Shown: positions 11,263-20,702 of the stretch, piece by piece
How the letters are laid out: each line of letters opens with the position of its first letter
How positions within the stretch are numbered: the first letter of the stretch is position 1
Source of the DNA: SAR324 cluster bacterium
GTDB lineage: Bacteria; SAR324; NAC60-12
Direction of reading: 5' to 3'
NCBI GenBank assembly: GCA_029245725.1
Contig: JAQWOT010000201.1
Span: 3,059 to 67,058, forward strand
Length of the DNA: 64,000 nucleotides
Made by a program: the position numbers and the translations under genes
The notes under the pieces: model-generated
What the model was told of the DNA's origin: nothing
Databases searched by the model: none
The model's input: the letters and a program-made list of their open reading frames with translations, nothing else

Positions 11263-14019
11263 TCAGAATTGGAGCCCAACCATGAACTCACTGCTCCAGA
11301 TAATGTTATAATTTCCCTTTGCATCAGCGAATCCCAGAGAAACCTTATTAGGGTCAAGGTAGATACCAGCCCCAATAAATAAGGTTTTATTTGCCAAATA
11401 GTGCAGGCCGGAACCAAGCTGACCTGTAAAAATTCTACCATCCAATGTTTCTTCAAGGCGTTGGTTGGAGTCCTCTTCTGTCCGTTTAGCAGATAGAAAA
11501 TTGTAGGAGAGGCGTAACTCTGGTTGTAGTCTCCATTCGGGCGAAAAATACCAAGCGTAGCCTCCGGATGCCTGCAGCCTGTATTCTTCTAATTCAATTG
11601 CGACACTACGATTCTGGGTATGATTCTGCCCAGTCAATTCTACTCTTTCTAGGGCAACCCCAACTGTTAGGTGAGAGGCCCAATGATGATTGTAGTACAG
11701 TCCTTGGCTTTGGCCACTGAGATTCAAATCTGTTCCTGTTTCTGAGTACTCACCACGTTGCATTCGACCAGCAAGAGCAACATATTGTAGACCACTCATA
11801 GCTCTGATCATCGTTGGTGGTAGCTCAGGGGTCTGGTCTTCAACAGCAACAATGACCTCAACAGTGTCCAATCCTTTGTAGTTTTCTTCACCCTGCGTAA
11901 CGGACACCAACAGCTGGTAGGTTGAACTAGCTTCTGCAACTTCATCTGGTAGGCCACGAACAGTCACACTCTGTTCAAAATTCCAGTCTTCCGGAGTGAA
12001 AATCAGTTGTTCTGGTAGCACAGAGAAGTCATCTGGAGCAGATGACTTGAGCTGGAGATGCACTGCTTCATTGGGACGGCTATTCAGGCGGACCTGTAGT
12101 TGGTCTTCACCAAAACTTTCGCTTACTCGTAGGTTTCCTGTTGAAGTTAGTATGCCCGGTTGGTCATTGTCTTCATTGGTGCCAACCAAATCTGTTGCGT
12201 CCAAACCTTGGTAGAGCTGATCGTTACTTTCAGCAGGTAGAATATTTATCAAGAAAAATTGAGAACCATCCAATCGTTCATCGTCTAAACCTTGGATGTT
12301 TACTCGCTGAGGTTGGTCCCAGTTTTCGGGTTGGATGACGATTGCCTCTGGATTGATGCTGACCTCGTTTGGCTGAGAGGTGCGCAGAGGAATACGCACC
12401 AAAGCCTCAGGTCTGCTCTGCAATAGCACTTCAAAGTGGTCACTAGTTCCAGATTCACTGGTACTGAGCCGTTCAGGTGCTCGGATCAGAATGCTTGCGA
12501 TATCATCATCACGATTAGTTAGGGTGAGTTGTTGGGATGCTAGTGCAACGTACTCTGGGCTGTTCCCAAGTACTCTCACAAAAATAGTCACGGTTTGGTC
12601 ACCATCTGCCAAATTATCATCTTTGCCAACGACCAGCAGCCGTTGACGAACGTTCCAGTTACTTTTGTCAAAGGTGAGTGAGTTTGGAAATAGTGTGGCT
12701 TCATCGGCTTTATCCAGAGAGAGTTCTGCGATTACTTCTCCCTTTGGTTCACTAAGTAGTCGAATGGATACCTCAGAACTCTCACCCTCTTCGCTGATCT
12801 GATCTGAACTGCTCTCCAACTCTAACGCAGCGATGTCATCGTCACTGTTAATCAAGGGAATTTGGAGGGTGGATAGCTTCTGATAGGCCTCATCCGTCGA
12901 ATCTATTGTAATTGATAATTCGTAGGATTGGTCACCATCCTGTTGAAGATCGTCAAGTCCCTCTACGACTAATTGCTGAGTACGATCCCAGTCGGCAGCT
13001 GTGAAGCGCATTTCCTGAGAAGAGACTTTCCCTTCCGTATCGTCTGAAGACTCAATTTTCAACTGGACTGGACTGCGCGGCTGGCTTCGCAATCTCAAGT
13101 CAAAGTTGGCTTGGGCTCCTGCCTCAGTTGTTACCCCTCTTTCTGGATCGATCACAATTCCTGGATTTTCGTCATCTTCGACCAGCAATTGTAAGCGAAG
13201 TGGGGGAAGCTTGATGTAGCTTTGATCTGTGGTTGATTTAACCGAAGCAAGAACTTCTACAGGGCGATCTGGATTATCAAAGGGATCATCAACTGCTTGA
13301 ACCCGAAGTAATTGAGGTTTTGGCCAACTGTCAGGAGTAATTTGAATTTCATCTGGAGCAACCTGGATGAAATCAGGATGCTTATTGTCCACCCGTAAAG
13401 TGACGGGATTCATAGGGCGACTGAGTAGGGAAATTTCATATATGACAGGAACCCCTCCCTCTTGTAGTCGACCAGGTTGGCGAGTTACGGACCAATCAAC
13501 TACATCGTTATCCAAACTTTGCAGGACAAGACCAACAGGAGCAGCTTGTCGGAAGCGAGTGTCTTCCGTGGCAGCTACAGCAAGCTGTAAGGTTACTGTA
13601 CGATCACCAGCTGCAATATCGTCATCAATACTTCTAACTGGAATGTGGCGTGGCTGATTCCAGTCACTTGTCGTGAAGGTTAGTTCGTCTGCGTCCAGAA
13701 TTACTTCATCAGCCAGCGCGCTACGTAAGCTGATTCGGACGGAGGAGGCAGGTTGGCGGTTTAGCTGAATTGTGATGTTAGTTCCCTCATCTCCCTCCAG
13801 AACGGATGATTCCTCCAAGTGAGCTAGAATGCGAGCTTTTGGAAAATCACCACAACGCCAGGCAATGACATCGTCTAGTAAACCCTGCAGTCGCAATTCA
13901 CGACGTTTTTCCACAGAACACTGTATGAGTGAACTTTCTTGTCCCAATACTGCTGAGAAAGGGAGGTTGATACCAAGGTAGATCAGTAGGGTAGAAAGCA
14001 GGCGTTGGGAAAGGTTCAT
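11263..14019 (-). CDS. Large exported surface protein: six Calx-beta/Ig-like repeats plus C-terminal beta-barrel
   Basis: Signal peptide, six ~110-aa repeats with (F/I)T/Dxx(D/N/S)WxxxQ...DD, amphipathic C-terminal strands ending VGLQF. Confidence 0.8.
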   Translation of the reverse strand: MNLSQRLLSTLLIYLGINLPFSAVLGQESSLIQCSVEKRRELRLQGLLDDVIAWRCGDFPKARILAHLEESSVLEGDEGTNITIQLNRQPASSVRISLRSALADEVILDADELTFTTSDWNQPRHIPVRSIDDDIAAGDRTVTLQLAVAATEDTRFRQAAPVGLVLQSLDNDVVDWSVTRQPGRLQEGGVPVIYEISLLSRPMNPVTLRVDNKHPDFIQVAPDEIQITPDSWPKPQLLRVQAVDDPFDNPDRPVEVLASVKSTTDQSYIKLPPLRLQLLVEDDENPGIVIDPERGVTTEAGAQANFDLRLRSQPRSPVQLKIESSDDTEGKVSSQEMRFTAADWDRTQQLVVEGLDDLQQDGDQSYELSITIDSTDEAYQKLSTLQIPLINSDDDIAALELESSSDQISEEGESSEVSIRLLSEPKGEVIAELSLDKADEATLFPNSLTFDKSNWNVRQRLLVVGKDDNLADGDQTVTIFVRVLGNSPEYVALASQQLTLTNRDDDIASILIRAPERLSTSESGTSDHFEVLLQSRPEALVRIPLRTSQPNEVSINPEAIVIQPENWDQPQRVNIQGLDDERLDGSQFFLINILPAESNDQLYQGLDATDLVGTNEDNDQPGILTSTGNLRVSESFGEDQLQVRLNSRPNEAVHLQLKSSAPDDFSVLPEQLIFTPEDWNFEQSVTVRGLPDEVAEASSTYQLLVSVTQGEENYKGLDTVEVIVAVEDQTPELPPTMIRAMSGLQYVALAGRMQRGEYSETGTDLNLSGQSQGLYYNHHWASHLTVGVALERVELTGQNHTQNRSVAIELEEYRLQASGGYAWYFSPEWRLQPELRLSYNFLSAKRTEEDSNQRLEETLDGRIFTGQLGSGLHYLANKTLFIGAGIYLDPNKVSLGFADAKGNYNIIWSSEFMVGLQF
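11830..13825 (-). repeat. Six tandem protein-level repeats (approximate bounds)
   Basis: FTTSDWNQPR, ITPDSWPKPQ, FTAADWDRTQ, FDKSNWNVRQ, IQPENWDQPQ, FTPEDWNFEQ, each followed by an acidic DD/DE motif. Confidence 0.8.
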
Positions 14020-14085
14020 AGCTCAGTCAGTTCGGGTTGACGTCTGCTATAATCCTTTCAAAAATTCGACCATTTTTCTGGAGAG

Positions 14086-14712
14086 TCAGTAGACACAGAG
14101 CTGGACTGGTTGGGAGAGCATCCCACCGTAGAAGGCGATAGGATGTACAAGATAGGCGTTGAGTAGATAGAAGAGTGCCACACCAACCAGAGGAGAGATG
14201 TCGAAGCGCATTCGAGGAAGATAACGTTGTAGTGGAGAGAGCAGTGGGTCTGCCAAAGTATGGAGGACCTGAACAATAGGATTATTGTAAGCAGGATTGA
14301 TCAGGGTCAGGAAGAACCAAAAGCCTAAGATCAGCATGAAGAAGAAGAAAACACTTTGGGCAATGATACTATTAGACTGGATGAGATGCCCAACAAACTG
14401 AAGTGCCAAAGCATCTACTTCAATTATCCCCTGCAGAAACAGATTGATCGAACGGACAGACGCTGGAATGAGCGCCTGTCCAAAAATTACCAGTAGCAGA
14501 GAAAAGTAGGCGCTGAAGTGCCTCATGGTGAGCGGTAGCCATCTTTCACACCAATACCAGAAAGGTCGAGTGACTCGGTTGATCCATGACACGAACGGGT
14601 TGTAGGGATCTGCACTGACCCATGTTAGGACAACAGCAATGATGATGATCCACTTGTAGACAAAGAGACCAAAGCAGGTCCCGCTAGCGATCAGTTCGAG
14701 CAAATCAGGCAT
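14086..14712 (-). CDS. yggT: YggT family membrane protein (two YGGT domains)
   Basis: WVSADPYNPFV..VTRP and YNNPIVQVLHTLADPLLSPLQRYLP..FDISP; start reassigned to ATG at 14712, which overlaps the upstream stop. Confidence 0.85.
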   Translation of the reverse strand: MPDLLELIASGTCFGLFVYKWIIIIAVVLTWVSADPYNPFVSWINRVTRPFWYWCERWLPLTMRHFSAYFSLLLVIFGQALIPASVRSINLFLQGIIEVDALALQFVGHLIQSNSIIAQSVFFFFMLILGFWFFLTLINPAYNNPIVQVLHTLADPLLSPLQRYLPRMRFDISPLVGVALFYLLNAYLVHPIAFYGGMLSQPVQLCVY

Positions 14713-15082
14713 AAGCGGGGAGGTCACGAACTGGAGTGAATGACTCTCCACAGCCACATTGACGTCCGCTGCTGAGCTGAATGAACACGAATCCTTGCTC
14801 AACAAGGTTGGCGTCACTGTAGTCAATCTTTAGAGGGCCGAGAACTTCCTCTAGGCAGAGCTGATCAACCAAAATTTGGACCCCCTGTGATTCAAGCAGA
14901 AGATCACTCTCCAGTTGATCTTTAGAGGCGTTCCATTCCAATTCGTATTTATAGCCGGAGCAACCCCCTGGCTTGGCTCCAATGCGCAGACGGGATTCTG
15001 CTAGGCTTTTCTGTTCTGCCGAACAAGCTTCTCGAAAAACCTCAGCTGCTCTCGGTGTAAGTTCGATTGTAGGTGAGTTCAT
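14705..15082 (-). CDS. A-type Fe-S carrier (IscA/ErpA/HesB family)
   Basis: GGCSGYKY and CGCGESF. Confidence 0.93.
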   Translation of the reverse strand: MNSPTIELTPRAAEVFREACSAEQKSLAESRLRIGAKPGGCSGYKYELEWNASKDQLESDLLLESQGVQILVDQLCLEEVLGPLKIDYSDANLVEQGFVFIQLSSGRQCGCGESFTPVRDLPAYA

Positions 15083-15100
15083 TTTGTTTTCAGAAAATAC

Positions 15101-15817
15101 TTAGTAGCGTGGAATACTGGAATCGACTTCGTCAGACCAACGATCAATGCCACCATCAATATTGAAAACCTGTTGAAAACCACGGGAAATAAAAAATTGT
15201 GCAGCTTCCATACTCCGGATACCGCGATGGCACATCAGCAGCAGGGGAGTGTTCGCATCCCATTGGTTCAGAATTTCATCAGCGAGCTTGTGATCAAGTA
15301 CTTGAGACCGTTCCAGGTTTGCATATTCTCGCTCATCAGGCTCACGAATGTCCAGTACCGTTAGCTCAGAGTTTTCTTCAAGCATTTGCTTGGCTTGTGT
15401 GGGCGAAATGGCCTGAACTTGGGCGGGAGGAGGAGGAGGCTCAAAGTTTTGCTCAGGATATGCTTCTTGCAGCAATTCTCGTAGTTCACCGGATTGTGAG
15501 AGTTCCTCTATGATGTCACATCCACCAACAAATTCTCGATTTACATAGAGTTGAGGGATAGTAGGCCAATTTGTGAACTCTTTGATGCCTTGTCGAATAT
15601 CAGGATCTGCCAAGACATTGAAGGAGTGAAATGGCACTTTCCACCCTCGTAGGACCTCACAGACACGATAGGAAAACCCGCACTGTGGTGCTTCAGGGGT
15701 GCCTTTCATGAATAGAAAAATAGGGCTACTATCAATTAATCCTTCAATACGAACTTTCGAATCATCACTAGATTGTGATGAATCTGTCGCATCAGCCGAA
15801 ACAACCTTAAATTTCAT
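15101..15817 (-). CDS. grxD: Monothiol glutaredoxin (Grx4) fused to a rhodanese domain
   Basis: FMKGTPEAPQCGFS, WPTIPQLY, GGCD; then LDIREPDE, CHRGIRS, GGIDRW. Confidence 0.92.
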   Translation of the reverse strand: MKFKVVSADATDSSQSSDDSKVRIEGLIDSSPIFLFMKGTPEAPQCGFSYRVCEVLRGWKVPFHSFNVLADPDIRQGIKEFTNWPTIPQLYVNREFVGGCDIIEELSQSGELRELLQEAYPEQNFEPPPPPAQVQAISPTQAKQMLEENSELTVLDIREPDEREYANLERSQVLDHKLADEILNQWDANTPLLLMCHRGIRSMEAAQFFISRGFQQVFNIDGGIDRWSDEVDSSIPRY

Positions 15818-16153
15818 GATTACCTTTCCTTGTTGCTTACTTGATAATCCTCATATTTCTGACTCGGAGTAAATCAGTTTCGGTACAGATGCCGCAGAAG
15901 ATGAAGGATCGAGAATGATTTGGAGAATCTGTCTATGAAAAAAACTTCCTTTATTTCTCAAGCTTGCGGATGGAAGTTCCAGATAAAAATTGGGCATCGC
16001 CAAAAAATTGAGGATTTGTTGACATCTGCTAAAATTAAAAAAGTAAAATTAGAATATTTGATTCTATGAAAAGTAGAAAGAGTTGGTTTTTTATCTTGCG
16101 AGAAGTGCACCGGTTTTGTGTAATCCCATTTCTGAAAAACCTTTAGGGATTCT

Positions 16154-17056
16154 ATGAGAACTAAGTCAATCACCTTCCTCTCCCCCATTGATCAGTGGCG
16201 TAGTCGCCTGGGTGACTACTGGACCCTCTGCAAGCCACGTTTGTTGGGTATGGTGGTATTGAGTGCGATGATGGGATACTACCTACCCGGAGTTACCAGC
16301 GATCCAGCAAAGATCTTTCACTTGATTCTTGGTACACTTCTGATCGGTGGTGGTGCGCATGTGCTCAATCAGTGGTTTGAGCGTGAGCAAGACGGCCGCA
16401 TGCGTAGGACTTGTCAGCGTCCGATCCCAACGGGGCGAGTCAGCGAAGAAGAAGCTATCTTATTAGGAGCTACGCTAAGCATCGTTGGTTTTAGCTATCT
16501 TTTCGCATTCACTGGCTGGCTCACGGCACTTTTGGGTGCTGCGACGCACCTGACATACCTTTTGCTCTACACCCCATTGAAGCAAAAAACGGTTGCCAAC
16601 ACTTGGGTTGGTGCCATAACTGGAGCCCTGCCTCCACTGATGGGCTGGAGTGCAGCAACCGGAGTTTTAGATTGGGGAGCACTCCCAATCTTTGCGGTAC
16701 TTTACCTGTGGCAGATGCCACATTTTTTCGCCATTGCTTGGATGTATCAGGACGAATACCATAAAGGTGGATTCCGGATGCTCTCCAGTATTGATGAAGA
16801 TGGCCGCTTGACTGCAGTGCACATGGTACTGCATATCACCCTACTGATTCTGGCCAGTGCTTCCGTATTCTGGTTTGAACAGGCAGGACCTTTCTTTCTT
16901 GTTGTTGCTACACTTTTGGGAGTCGGTTTCTTGATGCCAACTCTTCAATTCTGGCTGCACCGCAATGAGCAGAATGCGAGAAAGGTGTTTTTCGCATCAA
17001 TCATTTATCTGCCTGCCTGGTGTGTGGTGTTGACGTTGGATCGAATATTTCTATGA
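16154..17056 (+). CDS. cyoE: Protoheme IX farnesyltransferase (heme o synthase)
   Basis: LCKPR, DGRMRRTCQRPIPTG, YTPLKQKT, GALPPLMGW, WQMPHFFAIA. Confidence 0.95.
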   Translation: MRTKSITFLSPIDQWRSRLGDYWTLCKPRLLGMVVLSAMMGYYLPGVTSDPAKIFHLILGTLLIGGGAHVLNQWFEREQDGRMRRTCQRPIPTGRVSEEEAILLGATLSIVGFSYLFAFTGWLTALLGAATHLTYLLLYTPLKQKTVANTWVGAITGALPPLMGWSAATGVLDWGALPIFAVLYLWQMPHFFAIAWMYQDEYHKGGFRMLSSIDEDGRLTAVHMVLHITLLILASASVFWFEQAGPFFLVVATLLGVGFLMPTLQFWLHRNEQNARKVFFASIIYLPAWCVVLTLDRIFL

Positions 17057-17062
17057 GGTAGG

Positions 17063-17179
17063 ATGGAAGATCATATCATGAAGAAACTCGATAGTGACGA
17101 GTTGGCCAGTAAAGCCTTCAGACTCGTGGCTGCGGGGTGTGCGCTATTCATCATAGCCGTTATATTGTATGTGCTGTAG
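17063..17179 (+). CDS. 38-aa single-TM micro-protein (below the ORF-track cutoff)
   Basis: MEDHIMKKLDSDELASKAFRLVAAGCALFIIAVILYVL*; RBS GAGG upstream; fills the cyoE-coxB gap. Confidence 0.7.
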   Translation: MEDHIMKKLDSDELASKAFRLVAAGCALFIIAVILYVL

Positions 17180-17188
17180 GGAGTTAAA

Positions 17189-17956
17189 ATGATTGAGTAT
17201 TTTGTGCCTGGTGCTTCAACGTATGCTGGCGACATAGATTTCCTGTTCGATATGATCACGATCATTGTGGGTTTTTGGTTCGTGATGGTATTGGCAGTGA
17301 TGACCTATTTCATGGTTCGTTTCCGACGAAAAGAAGGTGTGCGAGCTGCTTACATCTCAGGTGATCCACATTCTCAGAAGAAATGGACGCACTATCCACA
17401 CTACTCCGTGATCGCACTTGACGTAGTTATTATCGTTTTTACGGTAATGGTTTGGGTAGATGTGAAACAAACCTTACCTCAAGCAGAGGATAAGATTCGA
17501 GTAGTGGGGCAGCAATGGAGCTGGTTCTTCATCCATTCAGGGCCTGATGGCAAACTGGGTACCGAAGATGATATCTCTAATGTCAATGACCTGCATGTGA
17601 AGAAAGACACTGTCTATCACTTCGAACTAGAATCTCGTGATGTTCTGCATAACTTCTCTGTTCCAGCCTTTCGACTGCGGCAGGACACTATCCCTGGACG
17701 TACGATTACCGGCTGGTTTGAGCCCAACAAAACGGGAGTGTATGACATTCAATGTGCAGAAATTTGTGGATATGGTCACGGAATTATGGGTGCAACAATC
17801 GTAGTTCATGAGGATCAGCAGTCCTATGACGCTGCTATGGAGTCGATCCGCAACCGAACCTACGAAAGTGATTATCAAAAACGACTTCAGAAGATGACCG
17901 TCAGTACGGCATCAAATAGCGAATCCTTCACAGACAAGCTGCTCAGCAGCTTCTAA
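17189..17956 (+). CDS. coxB: Cytochrome c oxidase subunit II
   Basis: Two TM helices, GQQWSW, DVLHNF, CuA motif CAEICGYGHGIM; no fused heme c. Confidence 0.95.
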   Translation: MIEYFVPGASTYAGDIDFLFDMITIIVGFWFVMVLAVMTYFMVRFRRKEGVRAAYISGDPHSQKKWTHYPHYSVIALDVVIIVFTVMVWVDVKQTLPQAEDKIRVVGQQWSWFFIHSGPDGKLGTEDDISNVNDLHVKKDTVYHFELESRDVLHNFSVPAFRLRQDTIPGRTITGWFEPNKTGVYDIQCAEICGYGHGIMGATIVVHEDQQSYDAAMESIRNRTYESDYQKRLQKMTVSTASNSESFTDKLLSSF

Positions 17957-17981
17957 ACCAAGAAGTGTTTTAGGAGAAAGT

Positions 17982-19697
17982 ATGGGACAGACGACGGTCA
18001 CCCATGATAGTCATGCCGCTCACGAACATGACCATCACGAACAAAGCTTTATAATGAAGTACTTCTTCCCCACTGATCATAAGATCATTGGACTGCAGTA
18101 CATGTTTACGGGAATGTTCATGGCAATTGTCGGAGGGTACTTCGCCTATGCCTTTCGTATGCAGTTGGCTTTCCCTGGCATGGAAGTTCCGCTCTACGGT
18201 ACGATCGGACCGGGAGAATACAACATGCTGATCACCAACCACGGTTCAATCATGATTTTCTGGGTGGCGATGCCCGTACTCATCGCTGCTTTCGGAAACA
18301 TCCTGATTCCACTGATGATCGGCTGCGACGACATGGTCTTTCCAAGATTGAATCGTTTATCCTTCCAAATCTTTCTACTCAGTGTAGTAGTCCTGTTCAT
18401 GTCCTTCTTCGTACAAGGTGGAGGATTTGGCGGAGCCTGGACTTCTTATCCCCCCTTATCAGCAGTAGCCGAGTACAACTTGACGGACTGGGGAGCTTCG
18501 CTTTGGTTAATTGCTGTTGCCCTTGAGTTTGTGGCTTTCCTGATCGGAGGGATCAACTTTGTGACTACTTCAATGAACGCTCGTGCGCCAGGAATGCGGA
18601 TGACCGACATTCCCATGGTAGTCTGGATGATTGTCTTGGCTTCGATCATGTTCATGGCTTCAGTTGGTCCATTGATAGCTGGATCGATCATGCTTCTGAT
18701 GGACCAGCGAATTGGTACAACTTTCTTCGTTCCTTCTGGGGGTGGTGATCCAATACTTTGGCAGCACTTATTCTGGTTCTTTGGTCACCCAGAGGTATAT
18801 GTGGTCTTACTTCCAGCCCTAGGTATCGTCGCTGAGATCATGACAACCTTTGCTCGCAAGAAACTCTTTGGCTACAAGACAATTCTCTACACTACCTTCG
18901 CAACAGGCGGATTGGCATTTGTGGTTTGGGCGCACCACCAGTTTATTGCTGGGATTGACCCTCGCATGGCTAACATCTTTCTCGTTACAACCCTGCTGAT
19001 TTCAATTCCTATCGCCGAAATTTTATTCAGTTACATAGCTACGCTTTATGGAGGGTCAATTGAATTCCGAACCCCGATGCTGTGGGCACTGGGTTTCTTA
19101 ATTACCTTTCTGCTTGGTGGTGTCACAGGAATCTACCTTGGCTCTAGTGCCTTGGATATCTATTTTCATGACAGCTATTTTGTAATCGCACACTTCCACT
19201 ATACCTTTTTCCCCATTGCGATCATTGGGATGTTCGCAGGCTTGTACTACTGGTATCCAAAAATGTTTGGAAGAATGATGGATGAAACGTTAGGTAAGAT
19301 CCACTTCTGGGGTACAATCATTCCGTTCAATGGTATATTCTTACCTCTCTTCCTAGTTGGAATGGCTGGACAGCACCGACGAATTTATAATTTTCAGCAC
19401 TTTCCAGACTTGGCTACAGCCGATCTACAAGGAATCCGTGTCTTTGCAACGGTTTCCATGGTGACAATGCTGTTGTTTCAATTCGTCTTTGCATACAATT
19501 TTTTCGTCAGCATGTTCAAAGGAGAAAAGGCTCTAGCGAACCCTTGGAAATCTAACACACTAGAATGGACAGTTCCATCGCCTCCTCCCCACGGAAACTT
19601 TGCGGAACTTCCTACCGTTTACCGTGGGCCCTATGAGTACAGCGTTCCTGGTAATAAGGAAGACTACTGGCCTCAAAATATGCCTGATCGCAACTGA
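17982..19697 (+). CDS. coxA: Cytochrome c oxidase subunit I (type A1)
   Basis: TDHKIIG, NHG, WFFGHPEVY, VWAHH, HDSYFVIAHFHY. Confidence 0.97.
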   Translation: MGQTTVTHDSHAAHEHDHHEQSFIMKYFFPTDHKIIGLQYMFTGMFMAIVGGYFAYAFRMQLAFPGMEVPLYGTIGPGEYNMLITNHGSIMIFWVAMPVLIAAFGNILIPLMIGCDDMVFPRLNRLSFQIFLLSVVVLFMSFFVQGGGFGGAWTSYPPLSAVAEYNLTDWGASLWLIAVALEFVAFLIGGINFVTTSMNARAPGMRMTDIPMVVWMIVLASIMFMASVGPLIAGSIMLLMDQRIGTTFFVPSGGGDPILWQHLFWFFGHPEVYVVLLPALGIVAEIMTTFARKKLFGYKTILYTTFATGGLAFVVWAHHQFIAGIDPRMANIFLVTTLLISIPIAEILFSYIATLYGGSIEFRTPMLWALGFLITFLLGGVTGIYLGSSALDIYFHDSYFVIAHFHYTFFPIAIIGMFAGLYYWYPKMFGRMMDETLGKIHFWGTIIPFNGIFLPLFLVGMAGQHRRIYNFQHFPDLATADLQGIRVFATVSMVTMLLFQFVFAYNFFVSMFKGEKALANPWKSNTLEWTVPSPPPHGNFAELPTVYRGPYEYSVPGNKEDYWPQNMPDRN

Positions 19698-19752
19698 TTA
19701 TGAACAAGGGAGAACTTTGTTTCTTCCCTTAATGACTTTCTGAGAAATCGTT

Positions 19753-20346
19753 ATGTCTATGCAAGGACCTCTAGCAACCAGCCGTTCAGCAACTGGAATC
19801 CCAACTGGACGACTTGCGGTATGGTGGCTACTAGCCTCGGAGATTTTCATCTTTGGTGGATTGATTGCTTGCTACATTCTGTACCGCCTAAACAATCCTT
19901 GGTGGGGCGGGGAAGCTGTTTTTACGAAAGTTCCAGCAGGTGCGTTCAATACATTCGTCCTGCTGACTTCCAGCCTTTTCATCGTATTAGCACACGACGC
20001 TGCAGAGAAGAAGGATTTTGACCGGGCATTTAAATTTATCTGGTACACAATTGGTGGGGGCCTCGTCTTCTTGCTGGTCAAATATTACGAATATTCCTCA
20101 AAACTCTTCGCTGATGATCCAGAACTGCTGAAGACTCCTTTGACCAATACTTACTGGTCTTTCTACTATACGGCAACAGGACTACATGCTCTGCATGTGA
20201 TCGGAGGTATGGTCATTATGGCTTTGATCTCCTTTGACCTCAGGAAAGGCTTCAATCCACACAGGGTTGAATTGATCGGGCTGTACTGGCATTTTGTTGA
20301 TATCGTCTGGATTTTCCTTTTCCCACTCCTCTACATCGCAAAGTGA
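19753..20346 (+). CDS. coxC: Cytochrome c oxidase subunit III-like protein (first copy)
   Basis: LASEIFIFGG, NTFVLLTSS, TGLHALHV, GLYWHFVDIVW. Confidence 0.92.
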   Translation: MSMQGPLATSRSATGIPTGRLAVWWLLASEIFIFGGLIACYILYRLNNPWWGGEAVFTKVPAGAFNTFVLLTSSLFIVLAHDAAEKKDFDRAFKFIWYTIGGGLVFLLVKYYEYSSKLFADDPELLKTPLTNTYWSFYYTATGLHALHVIGGMVIMALISFDLRKGFNPHRVELIGLYWHFVDIVWIFLFPLLYIAK

Positions 20347-20699
20347 ATATGGCTGGAGCACACGCACATCCAAATTATGTAAAGATTTGGGTACTTCTCT
20401 TAGTACTCTTGGTGGTCAGTATCATTGGGCCAGAGCTAGGAATTCCGTGGCTCACGCTATTGACTGCTTTCGGAATTGCACTTATAAAGACCTATTATGT
20501 CGCTGCTTACTTCATGCATCTCAACTTTGAGAAGAAATACGTCTGGTTCCTACTGCTAATTTCTACTGTTTTACTTGGAGTATTCTTTTTTGGCGTTGCC
20601 GGTGATGTGATGAAGGCTGATGGCCAGAACTGGCAAGACTGTATCTCTAACAATACCTGTGCGGAGCAACAAAGGTACGTCGATGGTCAACTTCGGTAA
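20343..20699 (+). CDS. Cytochrome c oxidase subunit IV family protein
   Basis: YVKIWVLL, KTYYVAAYFMHLNFE, three TM helices. Confidence 0.85.
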   Translation: MNMAGAHAHPNYVKIWVLLLVLLVVSIIGPELGIPWLTLLTAFGIALIKTYYVAAYFMHLNFEKKYVWFLLLISTVLLGVFFFGVAGDVMKADGQNWQDCISNNTCAEQQRYVDGQLR

Positions 20700-20702
20700 T
20701 TC

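Noticed and set aside
14037-14053. TTGACG...TATAAT as a sigma70 promoter
   Set aside because: The spacer is only 5 nt.
19706-19730. Hairpin between coxA and coxC as a terminator
   Set aside because: The stem is imperfect, has no U-tract and lies within an operon; at most an mRNA stability element.
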